DNA from: Nanobdellota archaeon
Lineage (GTDB): Archaea; Nanobdellota; Nanobdellia; SCGC-AAA011-G17; JAFCDX01
Assembly: GCA_018816585.1 (NCBI GenBank)
Contig: JAHIVQ010000047.1
Location: forward strand, 1-29,854
Reading direction: 5' to 3'
Length of the DNA stretch: 29,854 nucleotides
Shown here: one piece after another, positions 6,929-15,655 of the stretch
Position numbering within the stretch: the stretch's first letter is position 1
Layout of the letters: the number at the start of each line of letters is the position of its first letter
Program-made: the position numbers and the translations under genes
Notes under the pieces: model-generated
Seen by the model: only the letters and a program-made list of their open reading frames with translations
Told to the model about the DNA's origin: nothing
Database searches by the model: none

Positions 6929-8014
6929 TTAATCTATGAATTCAATGCCTAATTCGTTTTCAATTTCTTTTCTTTTTTTAGTATTTAATTGCATTCTTCT
7001 TGATCCAAATATTTGCGGACTTGAAACACCTGTAATAATAAGCATTGTTCTTAGTGTTTTATCCATATCTTCAGATATTTGTGCTCCCCATATAATCCTT
7101 GCATCCTCATCAAGTCTTTCAGAAACAGTTTCAACTACTTTTCTTGCTTCTTCAAGTGTCATATCCGGACCACCCGTAATATTAATTAAAGCACCTTCTG
7201 CACCATTTATATCAACATCAAGTAATGGATTCTGAATTGCTTTTTCAACAGCTTCTATTGCTCTATTTTCAGTATCAGACTCTCCAACACCAATTACTGC
7301 AACTCCACCCTTACCCATTACTGTTTTTATATCTGCAAAATCAAGATTTACAAGTCCTGGTCTGGTTACTAATTCAGCAATTCCTTTTACAGCATTTGTT
7401 AAAATTTCATCTGCTACTTTGAAAGCAGTGTGCAATGGCAAGTCAGGAGCTAAATCTAATAATTTATCATTTGGAATTACAATTAAAGTATCAACAATAT
7501 TTTCAAGCTTTTCAAGGCCAATTACAGCATTTTCATATCTTCTTTGCCCTTCCATAGCAAAAGGCATTGTAACAATAGCAACTGTCAAGATCCCCAATTT
7601 TTTTGCTACATCAGCAATAACAGGAGCAGATCCAGTACCTGTACCACCACCCAAACCACAGGTAATGAATACCATATCAGCTCCCTCTAATTTTTGTTTT
7701 ATATCATGCTCACTTTCCCGGGCAGCCTCTTCTCCTACTTGTGGCACACTTCCTGCACCTAAGCCACGAGTAAGTTCTTTTCCGATTAATATTTTGCAAT
7801 TAGAATTAACATATAATAAATCTTGGGCATCAGTATTAATTGCAATGGTTTCAGCACCGGAAATACCTACTTCTGATATCCTATTAATAGTATTTCCACC
7901 ACCACCACCGCAACCTATAACTTTTATTTTTGCTTTTTGTAAATTTACTAACTGTTCAAGCTCTTCATCAATCTGAGAAACCTTTTGTGGTGTTGTTTTA
8001 AAACTTATATCCAT
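6929..8014 (-). CDS. ftsZ: Cell division protein FtsZ (secE-linked FtsZ1 type)
   Basis: GCGGGGGN, GLGGGTGTG tubulin signature, NLDFADIKTVM. Confidence 0.98.
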   Translation of the reverse strand: MDISFKTTPQKVSQIDEELEQLVNLQKAKIKVIGCGGGGGNTINRISEVGISGAETIAINTDAQDLLYVNSNCKILIGKELTRGLGAGSVPQVGEEAARESEHDIKQKLEGADMVFITCGLGGGTGTGSAPVIADVAKKLGILTVAIVTMPFAMEGQRRYENAVIGLEKLENIVDTLIVIPNDKLLDLAPDLPLHTAFKVADEILTNAVKGIAELVTRPGLVNLDFADIKTVMGKGGVAVIGVGESDTENRAIEAVEKAIQNPLLDVDINGAEGALINITGGPDMTLEEARKVVETVSERLDEDARIIWGAQISEDMDKTLRTMLIITGVSSPQIFGSRRMQLNTKKRKEIENELGIEFID

Positions 8015-8086
8015 TTTAACCCATTAAAAGTATTATGAAACATATATAAAGATATCTTAACTTTAAACTATATATTAAAAATTATT

Positions 8087-8761
8087 TTATTTTTTTATAT
8101 CCTTTTCAATATCTAATTCAATCTTTACTTTTTTTACTTCAGGCACTAAATCAAGGACCTTTTTTTCAAGCATTTCTTTTAAGGTCTTGTCTAAATGAGC
8201 TTTTAATCTTATGATTGTTTCATCTTTATTAAGTTCTATTTCAAATTTATCGTCGGTAAGATTCATGAATTTCATACATGCTGTCAATTTTTCCTTTTGA
8301 TCTTTTACTTCACGTAAAATATTCACTTTGTAAACTAATTCTCTGTCTGCTAAAGGATGATTGAAGTCAACTATTACTCTTCCACCTGAAAAACTTCTAA
8401 TAGTGCCTAACGTTCCATCTATATTAATTTGCAATCCAGGCATAGGCATTATATTACTTTTCTTGAAAACATTGACATTAATTAGTTTCATTAGTTTTGG
8501 ATTTCTTTTCCCAAATCCATCTTCTGGTTTTATTGTAAATTCATACTCTTTTCCAACTTCTTTATCTATTAAGTTGTCATCAATACCTTTTAGAATATTC
8601 TTTTCACCTACACAAATTATTATTGGCTTGTATTCATGCTCCATTTGTATATTATTTTTCTCTGCAATTTCTTTATTTGTAAGGTCAAATATCTGATCAG
8701 TTGATTTTACTTTTCCAATATAATCTATTTCTATAAAATCATGCTTTTTTATCTTTGTCAT
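8087..8761 (-). CDS. FKBP-type peptidyl-prolyl isomerase (long SlyD-like archaeal type)
   Basis: DFIEIDYIGK, PEDGFGKRNPKL and GRVIVDFNHPLA motifs. Confidence 0.92.
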   Translation of the reverse strand: MTKIKKHDFIEIDYIGKVKSTDQIFDLTNKEIAEKNNIQMEHEYKPIIICVGEKNILKGIDDNLIDKEVGKEYEFTIKPEDGFGKRNPKLMKLINVNVFKKSNIMPMPGLQINIDGTLGTIRSFSGGRVIVDFNHPLADRELVYKVNILREVKDQKEKLTACMKFMNLTDDKFEIELNKDETIIRLKAHLDKTLKEMLEKKVLDLVPEVKKVKIELDIEKDIKK

Positions 8762-8858
8762 TTTCTTTACTCTTTATAGATATTATTTAAATCTTGTTAA
8801 TATATAGTTATCACTTTTAAATGGAAATATTTATAAATTATCTCTTCCTAATTAAACT

Positions 8859-9113
8859 ATGAAAAATAACTGGAGAGATAATGTTGAAGTATATTTAAGA
8901 AAACACCTTGAATTACAGATACGCGAATCTTTCAAACATAAGGAAGCTTATGAAAATTCACAGAATCCAAATACTGCTCAGTTATGGATAGCAATAGCAA
9001 ACTTATCCAAAGAAATGTTTGAAATGAATTTAAGAATGAAATTTCTTGAAAAAACAATTTATGATTTAACAAGTAAAATTAATGAAGAAACACATAAAAA
9101 AAAGAAAAAGTAA
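8859..9113 (+). CDS. Hypothetical coiled-coil protein (84 aa)
   Basis: Helical ORF divergent from FKBP; no function recognised. Confidence 0.6.
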   Translation: MKNNWRDNVEVYLRKHLELQIRESFKHKEAYENSQNPNTAQLWIAIANLSKEMFEMNLRMKFLEKTIYDLTSKINEETHKKKKK

Positions 9114-9171
9114 TTTTTTTTGAAAGTAAATTAATCAAAACCTTTATAAATTTGATATAATAAAAAACTCT

Positions 9172-9558
9172 ATGTCAGATATAAAGCATGTTGAACCAAA
9201 TTCTTTAAGAGTAGGAAATTATGTAATAATTGATGGTGTAGCTTGTATAATCAAAAAATTAGACAAATCAGCACCAGGAAAGCATGGGCATGCAAAATTC
9301 AGGGTAGAAGCCTCAGGTATTATTAATAATGAAAAGAAAATTGTTGTAAGATCAGCCCATGATAAATTTGAAGTTCCAATTATAGAAAAAAAGAGTGCTC
9401 AGGTATTAAATATTTCAGGAGATTCAGCAAATGTAATGGACAGTGAGACATTTGAAACATTTGATATAAAAATACCTGAAGAATTAAAAGGAAAAATAGA
9501 AGAAGGAAAGACAGTAACATATTGGATTGTATTAGATCAGAAAATGTTAAGAGAATAA
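9172..9558 (+). CDS. eif5a: Translation factor aIF5A
   Basis: Hypusine loop SAPGKHGHAK; VPIIEKKSAQV...VMDSETFETF. Confidence 0.96.
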   Translation: MSDIKHVEPNSLRVGNYVIIDGVACIIKKLDKSAPGKHGHAKFRVEASGIINNEKKIVVRSAHDKFEVPIIEKKSAQVLNISGDSANVMDSETFETFDIKIPEELKGKIEEGKTVTYWIVLDQKMLRE

Positions 9559-9725
9559 TGGTAAAATTTCCAGAAGCAGCAAAGAGATTATTTGGAAGGA
9601 CTTTTGTTTGTAAGAAATGCAAGACTAAAATAAAAGCACCACCACAAAAAGTCATTGATAGAAAAGTAAAATGCAGAAGATGCGGATATAAAATTTTAAG
9701 ACCTATAAAGAAGGGCACCAAATAA
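9558..9725 (+). CDS. rpl40e: 50S ribosomal protein L40e (55 aa)
   Basis: MVKFPEAAKRLF...VCKKCKTK...CRRCGYKILRP. The true start is ATG 9558 (TAATG overlap with eif5a), not 9522. Confidence 0.9.
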   Translation: MVKFPEAAKRLFGRTFVCKKCKTKIKAPPQKVIDRKVKCRRCGYKILRPIKKGTK

Positions 9726-9726
9726 G

Positions 9727-10926
9727 ATGAATTATGACTTATTATTTGCCATAATATTTTATTCAATAATACTTATTTTATTTTTAATCTATAGGAAAAA
9801 ATTTGAAGTTCAGGGTAAGATATTTGTCCTATATAAAACAAAATTAGGATTAAAATTAATGGATAAATTAGCAAAAAAATATCCTAGACTATTAAATTTT
9901 TTATCTTACATAAGCATTTTTACAGGTTTTTCAGGGATGGCTTTTATATTTTATTTTTTGATAAAAGGGACTTATAATTTATTAGTAATTCCAAATGCAG
10001 TTCCTTTATTAGCCCCTGTATTACCAGGGGTTGAAATTCCAGGATTGCCAATATTATCTTTTTGGCACTGGATAATAGCTATTTTATTTGTTGCAACAAT
10101 ACACGAATTTTCACATGGGGTTTATGCAAGATTATGTGATACAAAAATAAAATCCTCTGGTTTTGCATTTTTAGGTCCAATACTTGCAGCATTTGTAGAA
10201 CTTGATGAAAAGCAAATATTAAAAAAAACAAAGAAGCAGCAATTAGCTATTTTATCTGCAGGTCCATTTTCAAATATTGTCGCTGCATTTATAATTTTAA
10301 TACTGACTATTTTTATTATTAATCCAATTGCATCAGCAGTTGTATCACAAAATGGAGTCCAAGTTAACAATCTTGAAAAAAATTTCCCGGCAGATCTTTC
10401 AGGAATAACAATTGGAGAAGAAATACTTTCCATAAATAATATTTCCATACAAAATCCTAAAAATTTCAGTTATGCTTTAAAAGATTTAAAACCCAATGAT
10501 GAAGTTTTAATAAGAACAAATATTTCATCATATAATATTAAAGCAACAGAAAATCCAAATGACAAAAATAAAGGTTATCTTGGAATTATTATATCTGCAA
10601 TAAATGTTTCTGCAAAAGAGAATATAAGAAATAAATATGGAAATTTAATTCCTATGTTTATACTTTGGATTTCAGAATTATTTTTCTGGTTGTATGCAAT
10701 TAATCTAGGAATAGGATTATTTAATTTATTGCCACTTGGTCCTGTTGATGGAGGAAGAATGTTTAGCACATTAATCTCTTATTTTATAAAAAACAAAAAA
10801 ATAGTACAAAAAATATTTTTAATTGTGACTTTATTCTGTTTATTGTTAATTTTTATTAACTTACTTCCATATATAATAAAATTAATTTACTTTATTTTAA
10901 AACCAATTCTATTATTTTTATTTTGA
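9727..10926 (+). CDS. Site-2 protease (M50) with PDZ domain
   Basis: HEFSH zinc motif, AGPFSN, NLLPLGPVDGG, PDZ segment (PADLSGITIGEEILSIN), multiple TMs. Confidence 0.93.
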   Translation: MNYDLLFAIIFYSIILILFLIYRKKFEVQGKIFVLYKTKLGLKLMDKLAKKYPRLLNFLSYISIFTGFSGMAFIFYFLIKGTYNLLVIPNAVPLLAPVLPGVEIPGLPILSFWHWIIAILFVATIHEFSHGVYARLCDTKIKSSGFAFLGPILAAFVELDEKQILKKTKKQQLAILSAGPFSNIVAAFIILILTIFIINPIASAVVSQNGVQVNNLEKNFPADLSGITIGEEILSINNISIQNPKNFSYALKDLKPNDEVLIRTNISSYNIKATENPNDKNKGYLGIIISAINVSAKENIRNKYGNLIPMFILWISELFFWLYAINLGIGLFNLLPLGPVDGGRMFSTLISYFIKNKKIVQKIFLIVTLFCLLLIFINLLPYIIKLIYFILKPILLFLF

Positions 10927-10942
10927 TTAAAACTTTTAATAA

Positions 10943-10956
10943 CGAAAGTTATATAA
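10943..10956 (+). promoter_or_regulatory. BRE plus TATA box for the basic peptide gene
   Basis: CGAAAG TTATATAA upstream of a GAGGTG Shine-Dalgarno (11007-11012) and ATG 11022. Confidence 0.6.
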
Positions 10957-11021
10957 ATAAAATAATCTTATTATAATTAGAAATTTTTTATTAAATTTCG
11001 GGAAAAGAGGTGTAAATTTTA

Positions 11022-11111
11022 ATGGCAAAAAAGAAAGTAATGAAAAAAAAGATGGCTAAGAAAAGAGTCGTGAAGAAAAAAAGAGTTTCTAAGAAGAAAA
11101 AGAGACGTTAA
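11022..11111 (+). CDS. 29-aa Lys/Arg-rich peptide (histone H1/protamine-like)
   Basis: MAKKKVMKKKMAKKRVVKKKRVSKKKKRR*; 19/29 residues are K or R. It has its own BRE/TATA and a GAGGTG SD 9 nt upstream, and converges on the next gene. Not in the track. Confidence 0.8.
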   Translation: MAKKKVMKKKMAKKRVVKKKRVSKKKKRR

Positions 11112-11121
11112 TTTTTTCTTT

Positions 11122-11721
11122 TTATATTAATATTATTTTTCCATATTTTCCAGGATTTATTATTGTTGTGTAGCCTATTCTATCTATTTGTGTTGCAGTA
11201 TCATGAAAGTGTCCACATATAACTAATTTAGGTTTTACTTCTGCAATAAATCTTCTTATGCTTTTATTTCCTCTATGACCTAATGTGCTTAAGTAATCAA
11301 CTTTTGTTCCATAAACAGGTGCGTGACTTACTAAAATTAATTTTTTATTTTTATCAAGATTTTTTTTAAATTTTTCTGCAAGTTCATCAAATTCAGGATC
11401 TTCTTCTGAAAATCCACCTTCACCATAACCTAAGAAACAATATTCATTTACTTCGTAACACGCCTTGTTTATATTTACAGCAAATTTATATTTCTTGCAT
11501 AATTGATTTATTGTACTTGAAGACTCATGATTTCCTGGAATTATCAGCATTGGGATATTTAATTCGCTCAACTCTTTGAATATTTTTTCTATATCATTAC
11601 CAAAATCAGAAATATCTCCAGCACAAACTAAAAAGTCTGGCTGTTTTTCTTTTGCTGTTTTTATTATCTTTTTTAGATAAGTAAAATCACTGTGTAAATC
11701 CACGAATGCAAGTATCTTCAT
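11122..11721 (-). CDS. Calcineurin-like metallophosphoesterase
   Basis: DLH, AGDISD, PGNHE, SHAP and CGHFH motifs. Confidence 0.93.
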   Translation of the reverse strand: MKILAFVDLHSDFTYLKKIIKTAKEKQPDFLVCAGDISDFGNDIEKIFKELSELNIPMLIIPGNHESSSTINQLCKKYKFAVNINKACYEVNEYCFLGYGEGGFSEEDPEFDELAEKFKKNLDKNKKLILVSHAPVYGTKVDYLSTLGHRGNKSIRRFIAEVKPKLVICGHFHDTATQIDRIGYTTIINPGKYGKIILI

Positions 11722-11755
11722 GGATTTTTTGTTGGTTTATTATTTATTAACCTTT

Positions 11756-11854
11756 TTAATCACTGTAACCTTCCATGAATGCTGCTTCTCTTATATCTAT
11801 CTCGTCATCTTCAAGCATCTTTCTTATTCTCCTTTTTGAATAAATGTCATTCAT
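11756..11854 (-). CDS. Small acidic-tail protein (32 aa)
   Basis: MNDIYSKRRIRKMLEDDEIDIREAAFMEGYSD*; the ATG overlaps the upstream ORF's TGA (ATGA coupling). Not in the track. Confidence 0.65.
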   Translation of the reverse strand: MNDIYSKRRIRKMLEDDEIDIREAAFMEGYSD

Positions 11855-11958
11855 TTTGTGCCGAACCTGATAATTCTCTCTGTTGGTAGATTGCTTATAG
11901 TCTCACTAAATATCCTTCTAACTAAGTCTTGGTCCATATTTGGATAGTAAAATTTCAT
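11851..11958 (-). CDS. Small protein (35 aa)
   Basis: MKFYYPNMDQDLVRRIFSETISNLPTERIIRFGTK*; GAGGTGA SD at 11971-11965 and TTTATAAA box at 12001-11994. Not in the track. Confidence 0.6.
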   Translation of the reverse strand: MKFYYPNMDQDLVRRIFSETISNLPTERIIRFGTK

Positions 11959-11994
11959 TTTTTATCACCTCAAATAATAATAAGAATATTTTCT

Positions 11995-12059
11995 TTATAA
12001 ACCCTGCGCGCACACCTTGCAAGTTGCAATTTACTCTAAAATATATATTACAGAATATA
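11995..12059. repeat. 65-bp dispersed element, copy 2
   Basis: ttataaaccctgcgcgcacaccttgcaagttgcaatttactctaaaatatatattacagaatata; one T/C difference from 3852-3916. Confidence 0.95.
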
Positions 12060-12180
12060 CTAAATGTTCGTTTAAAGTATTAAAAAAGAGTGAAAATCCT
12101 TTATTATCTTTAATATAAAGTCGCTGGGAACATAATATCATTAGTTTCAATAATTCGCCTTGATTTATAATATAATCTTC

Positions 12181-13038
12181 TTATAAGTCTATAATACCTG
12201 CTTCAATTAAGTTAGGGATTATCTGCTGAAATAAATATGATAATTGATATTTATTTGCTTTGTAGTCTTTCTTATTTAACCAGATAGCTTTAGATATCTC
12301 GGCGGAAGGTATAATATTTCCTTTCCATTTAATAAGATATAAATGAAATACCAAAATACATTCTGGATCATGCGTTGCACTTGGAGAAAAATATGATTTA
12401 AAATATTTTGCGTCTGTTAATTCTACACCTATTTCTTCTTTTAATTCTCTTGATAAGGTTTCTATATAAGTTTCATCCTTTTCAGCTCTTCCTCCAAGAT
12501 TGATTTAAATATCTGAATCAGCTTTTCTAACAATTAGCAGTGCTTTATTCTTATCAACCATAGCACCAACAACCTTGATAATATTTTTCTTTGCAGGATG
12601 ATTTTTTATGAAATTATCAATTTTTGATTTTAATTCCTTCAGATTAGAATAATCTTCGCATTTTACTGTCGGCGAAAATATAGAACCAGATTTTCCCCTT
12701 ATATATGCTGACACATTATCTCCAACTTTTTTATTGTAGACACAAAGAACAGGTTTTCCCAATTTAGCAGCATCTGCTATTTCGCCACCTACTCCTAAAC
12801 TAGGATTGCTAATCTCTGCAATCATGTAATCACATTCCAAAATCCAGATATAATCTCTATTGTGAATTTGAGTTTCTGATAGAGGAGATTCATCTTCTTT
12901 AAATGTAGCGCTAACTTAGTGTGTGCTCATCAAAGTATGACCCAAAGAGGTTATTATTTCTGGAATTTTCCTTAATTCTTCTTGGTTTACTTGTTTAAAT
13001 CCTCCACGCATAGAGCACGCAAAAAATATTTTTACCAT
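12181..13038 (-). pseudogene. Nucleoside 2'-deoxyribosyltransferase-like (Rcl/DNPH1) - Nudix hydrolase fusion with two in-frame TAA stops
   Basis: One frame from ATG 13038: MVKIFFACSMRGG...STH*VSATF...RDYIWILECDYMIAEISNPSLGVGGEI...KADSDI*INLGGRAEKDETYIETLSRELKEEIG...GIIDL*. Stops at 12918-12916 and 12507-12505. The Nudix box Gx5Ex7RELxEExG is intact. Confidence 0.85.
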
Positions 13039-13086
13039 AAAAATTGAAAATATAACAATATAAAAATGTAACGGTATCAAAAATTA

Positions 13087-14151
13087 TTAAAATTCATCTA
13101 ATTTCTTATTATAACTAACAATAGTTGATTTTCCTGCCCCTTCAAGCTCTTTTGTGGATATAAATCCATTTTTCTCAAGTTTTTTTATCTTATCAAAGAA
13201 TGTCCTATAAGGTATTTCTGTTCCTGAATTAATAAACAATTCATGCAATTCCTTAAGTTTTTTCCCAGAATTATTCTTAACTAATTCTATTATTATCTTC
13301 TCTTTCTCATCAAAAGAATTGTCATTTGACTTGAAATCAACAAGTTTTTTAACTGCATTCTCAATGAATTCTTTTTTAATAGTTCTTGAAGAATTATTTT
13401 CTGCTATAACTGCAGCTTCTTTCATAAGATATAAACCACCCCTTATATCGTTTAATTCAAATGCTTTATCAACAATCATATTAAATGAATCTTCATCCCA
13501 TATATCCTTAACAAATGCATGATCTCTTCTATCTATTAATATTGATTTTGTCTCTTCTTTATTATAAGGTTTGAATTCAAGTAATTCAGGTATTAATCTT
13601 GATTTTATTCTTGGATCAATATCTGATAGAAAATTTTTATTATTTGTAACAAGGATCATTGTTTTTTTATAAATGTCTTCAAGTAAAGAGTAGATTATCC
13701 CCTGTTCAGCTAATTTATCAACTTCATCAAAAATAATTACAGCAGACTTTTTATTTATTATACTACATACATCTCTTATTAATTCATCTGTTTTTTTATT
13801 AAGAACAAATTTATAATTTATTTGCTTGCATATCTCATTTACAATTTTATAATTAGTATCAGTTTTCCAGCAATTAATATAAATAGGAATTACAGAATCA
13901 GTTTCATTTTCCATATCTCTTAAAATGTGTTTTATTGCAAGTGTCTTACCAATTCCAGGACTTCCAAATATAAATAAATTCTTTCCATTTCTTTCCTGTA
14001 ATAAGGGTTTTATACAAGTTGCAATATATTGCTGTTCATTTTCCCTATGTTTTATTATCTTAGGAACATAATCAAAATCCAAAGCTATCTCATCAATTAT
14101 TAAACTTTCAGAATCCTTTAACATATCTTTGAATAATGACATAATTAACAA
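13087..14151 (-). CDS. cdc6: Orc1/Cdc6 replication initiator
   Basis: Walker A GSPGIGKT, YINCW, Walker B IIFDEVD, RIKSRL, GDIR-like NDIRGG, C-terminal wHTH. Start may be 14142 (MSLFK). Confidence 0.95.
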   Translation of the reverse strand: MLIMSLFKDMLKDSESLIIDEIALDFDYVPKIIKHRENEQQYIATCIKPLLQERNGKNLFIFGSPGIGKTLAIKHILRDMENETDSVIPIYINCWKTDTNYKIVNEICKQINYKFVLNKKTDELIRDVCSIINKKSAVIIFDEVDKLAEQGIIYSLLEDIYKKTMILVTNNKNFLSDIDPRIKSRLIPELLEFKPYNKEETKSILIDRRDHAFVKDIWDEDSFNMIVDKAFELNDIRGGLYLMKEAAVIAENNSSRTIKKEFIENAVKKLVDFKSNDNSFDEKEKIIIELVKNNSGKKLKELHELFINSGTEIPYRTFFDKIKKLEKNGFISTKELEGAGKSTIVSYNKKLDEF

Positions 14152-14176
14152 GTGATTGTATTAGATATAAATTTTA

Positions 14177-14527
14177 CTATAATTCTTCAACACCATCTTT
14201 TGTTAAAGCTATTAATCTTATTCCAACACCTAATTTTAATAATGCACTCATAATTGCCATATGTTCTTTTCCAGTTCCAGATACAATGTTTAAAGCAACT
14301 TCCATTTTTAATTTGTCTTTTAATTGTTTTTCGATTTCATCTCTTAATTCTCTTAATCCTGAGCTTGAATTAACTAAAATCAGATTAAATTTTTTCTCAG
14401 AGTGAAAATTTTCCTTTCCAAATTCGTTTGTTACAAGATAAATATTTTCAAATTCCTTATCTTCCATTATTCTATTTACATGACCCCATGTTCCTTTTCC
14501 AGAAGACAAGCATGCGATTAAATCCAT
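14177..14527 (-). CDS. Conserved-looking small alpha/beta protein, CARF-like Rossmann pattern
   Basis: LIACLSSGKGTW / IYLVT / VALNIVSGTGKEHMAIMSALL. The CARF resemblance is a pattern inference. Confidence 0.55.
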   Translation of the reverse strand: MDLIACLSSGKGTWGHVNRIMEDKEFENIYLVTNEFGKENFHSEKKFNLILVNSSSGLRELRDEIEKQLKDKLKMEVALNIVSGTGKEHMAIMSALLKLGVGIRLIALTKDGVEEL

Positions 14528-14621
14528 ATTTTAAAAATGAAATCAACTTTATTTAAACATTTGTAAATTATAGAATATACTTAATAATAACATATTTAAA
14601 TAAGTTAATCTTGATTATAGT

Positions 14622-15071
14622 ATGTCTAACAAAACAATTGCTAGAGACATTCCTTTAGCTGAGATTACGTTAAGGAGATATGAAAATCCTAGCAAACTAA
14701 AAAAAAGAGAATTGATAAGAAAATTATGTTTATCAACAGGATTATTGCAGCCTGGTGATTCCAGGGATGTTATTGTTGATGTTCTTCATTTAATGATTAA
14801 TTCAAAAAATCCCATATCTTCAGAACAAATTCAGTCTGGAGTTATAGGTTTAAGGAAAAAACAAAAATTACCATTAAAAGGTATTGCACATTCCAATATA
14901 AGAAGGCAATTAAAAAGATTAAAGGATTTATTTTTGATAGAAAAAATAAAAGAGGGTTATAGAATAAATGAGAATGAAAAATTAATTAATTTATTTGAGG
15001 AAAAAATTGAAAAATATTATCTACAGAATATTTTATCAAGGGTGAAAGAGTATTATAAACTTGTAAAATGA
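14622..15071 (+). CDS. Winged-helix DNA-binding protein (putative regulator)
   Basis: ISSEQIQ...IAHSNIRRQLKRLKDLFLIEKIKEGYRI is an HTH plus wing pattern. Confidence 0.65.
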   Translation: MSNKTIARDIPLAEITLRRYENPSKLKKRELIRKLCLSTGLLQPGDSRDVIVDVLHLMINSKNPISSEQIQSGVIGLRKKQKLPLKGIAHSNIRRQLKRLKDLFLIEKIKEGYRINENEKLINLFEEKIEKYYLQNILSRVKEYYKLVK

Positions 15072-15580
15072 TATATGAACCTGCAGAGGATTCTTTTTTA
15101 TTGAAAAAGTACGTTTTAGAATATTCTAAAGGAAAGGTTCTTGATATTGGATGCGGTTCTGGAATACTTGCAGAAGCAGCATTGAGAAAAACAAAAGATG
15201 TTCTAGCATCAGATATAGATTCAAAAGCAGTTAAACATTGCTTAAAAAAAGGAATTAATGCTATAGAATCAAATTTATTTTCAAATATTAAAGGAAAATT
15301 TGATTTAATAATTTTTAATCCTCCTTATTTGCCTGAAGACCCAGATGAACCAGAGGATTCAAAATTAATCACAACAGGTGGGAAAAAAGGTTATGAATTG
15401 ATAGAAAGATTCTTGAAAAGTGCAAGAATTCATATGAAAAAAGAAGGAAAAATATTATTAGTATGTTCTTCTTTAACAGGAAATGTTGAAAAATTATTCA
15501 AAAGACACAAATATAAATTTAATAAATTAGAAACACAAAAATCATTCTTTGAACAGATACATGTTTATTTATTACATTAA
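15068..15580 (+). CDS. HemK2/PrmC-like release factor glutamine methyltransferase
   Basis: IYEPAEDSFLL, VLDIGCGSG, FDLIIFNPPYLP, GGKKG motifs. Confidence 0.9.
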   Translation: MIYEPAEDSFLLKKYVLEYSKGKVLDIGCGSGILAEAALRKTKDVLASDIDSKAVKHCLKKGINAIESNLFSNIKGKFDLIIFNPPYLPEDPDEPEDSKLITTGGKKGYELIERFLKSARIHMKKEGKILLVCSSLTGNVEKLFKRHKYKFNKLETQKSFFEQIHVYLLH

Positions 15581-15620
15581 ATGACCGATATCTTTAAATA
15601 CCCCTTGTTTTTAGAATTTA

Positions 15621-15652
15621 AATCCGTCAGAACTACTTAACGTAGGAGGATT
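15621..15652 (+). promoter_or_regulatory. Putative ribosomal protein L1 autoregulatory RNA site overlapping the SD of rpl1
   Basis: AAUCC-GUCAGAA-CUAC-UUAAC-GUAG-GA-GGAUU has two helices around an asymmetric loop with a GA side. This mimics the 23S L1 site (GUGG-GA-GG / CC-loop-CCAC), and the GGAGG SD lies inside it. Confidence 0.7.
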
Positions 15653-15655
15653 AAT

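Noticed and set aside
11731-11752. Intergenic GGTTAATAAATAATAAACCAAC (minus strand) resembling the tRNA-Pro intron cores
   Set aside because: Low-complexity A/T match with no flanking BHB. It sits where the TATA box of the phosphoesterase gene is expected.
3852-12059. Repeat copies as prophage/transposon ends or a CRISPR remnant
   Set aside because: The enclosed DNA is essential housekeeping genes, there is no integrase or transposase, and two copies 8 kb apart are not an array.
12505-12918. Alternative genetic code or BHB introns explaining the in-frame TAA codons
   Set aside because: TAA terminates most genes in the window. Each stop replaces a single codon in an otherwise collinear domain, and no BHB is visible around them.
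14528-14621. Possible replication origin next to cdc6
   Set aside because: AT-rich, but I found no ORB or mini-ORB (TCCA..GAAA with G-string) repeats on either side of cdc6. It is adequately explained as a divergent promoter.
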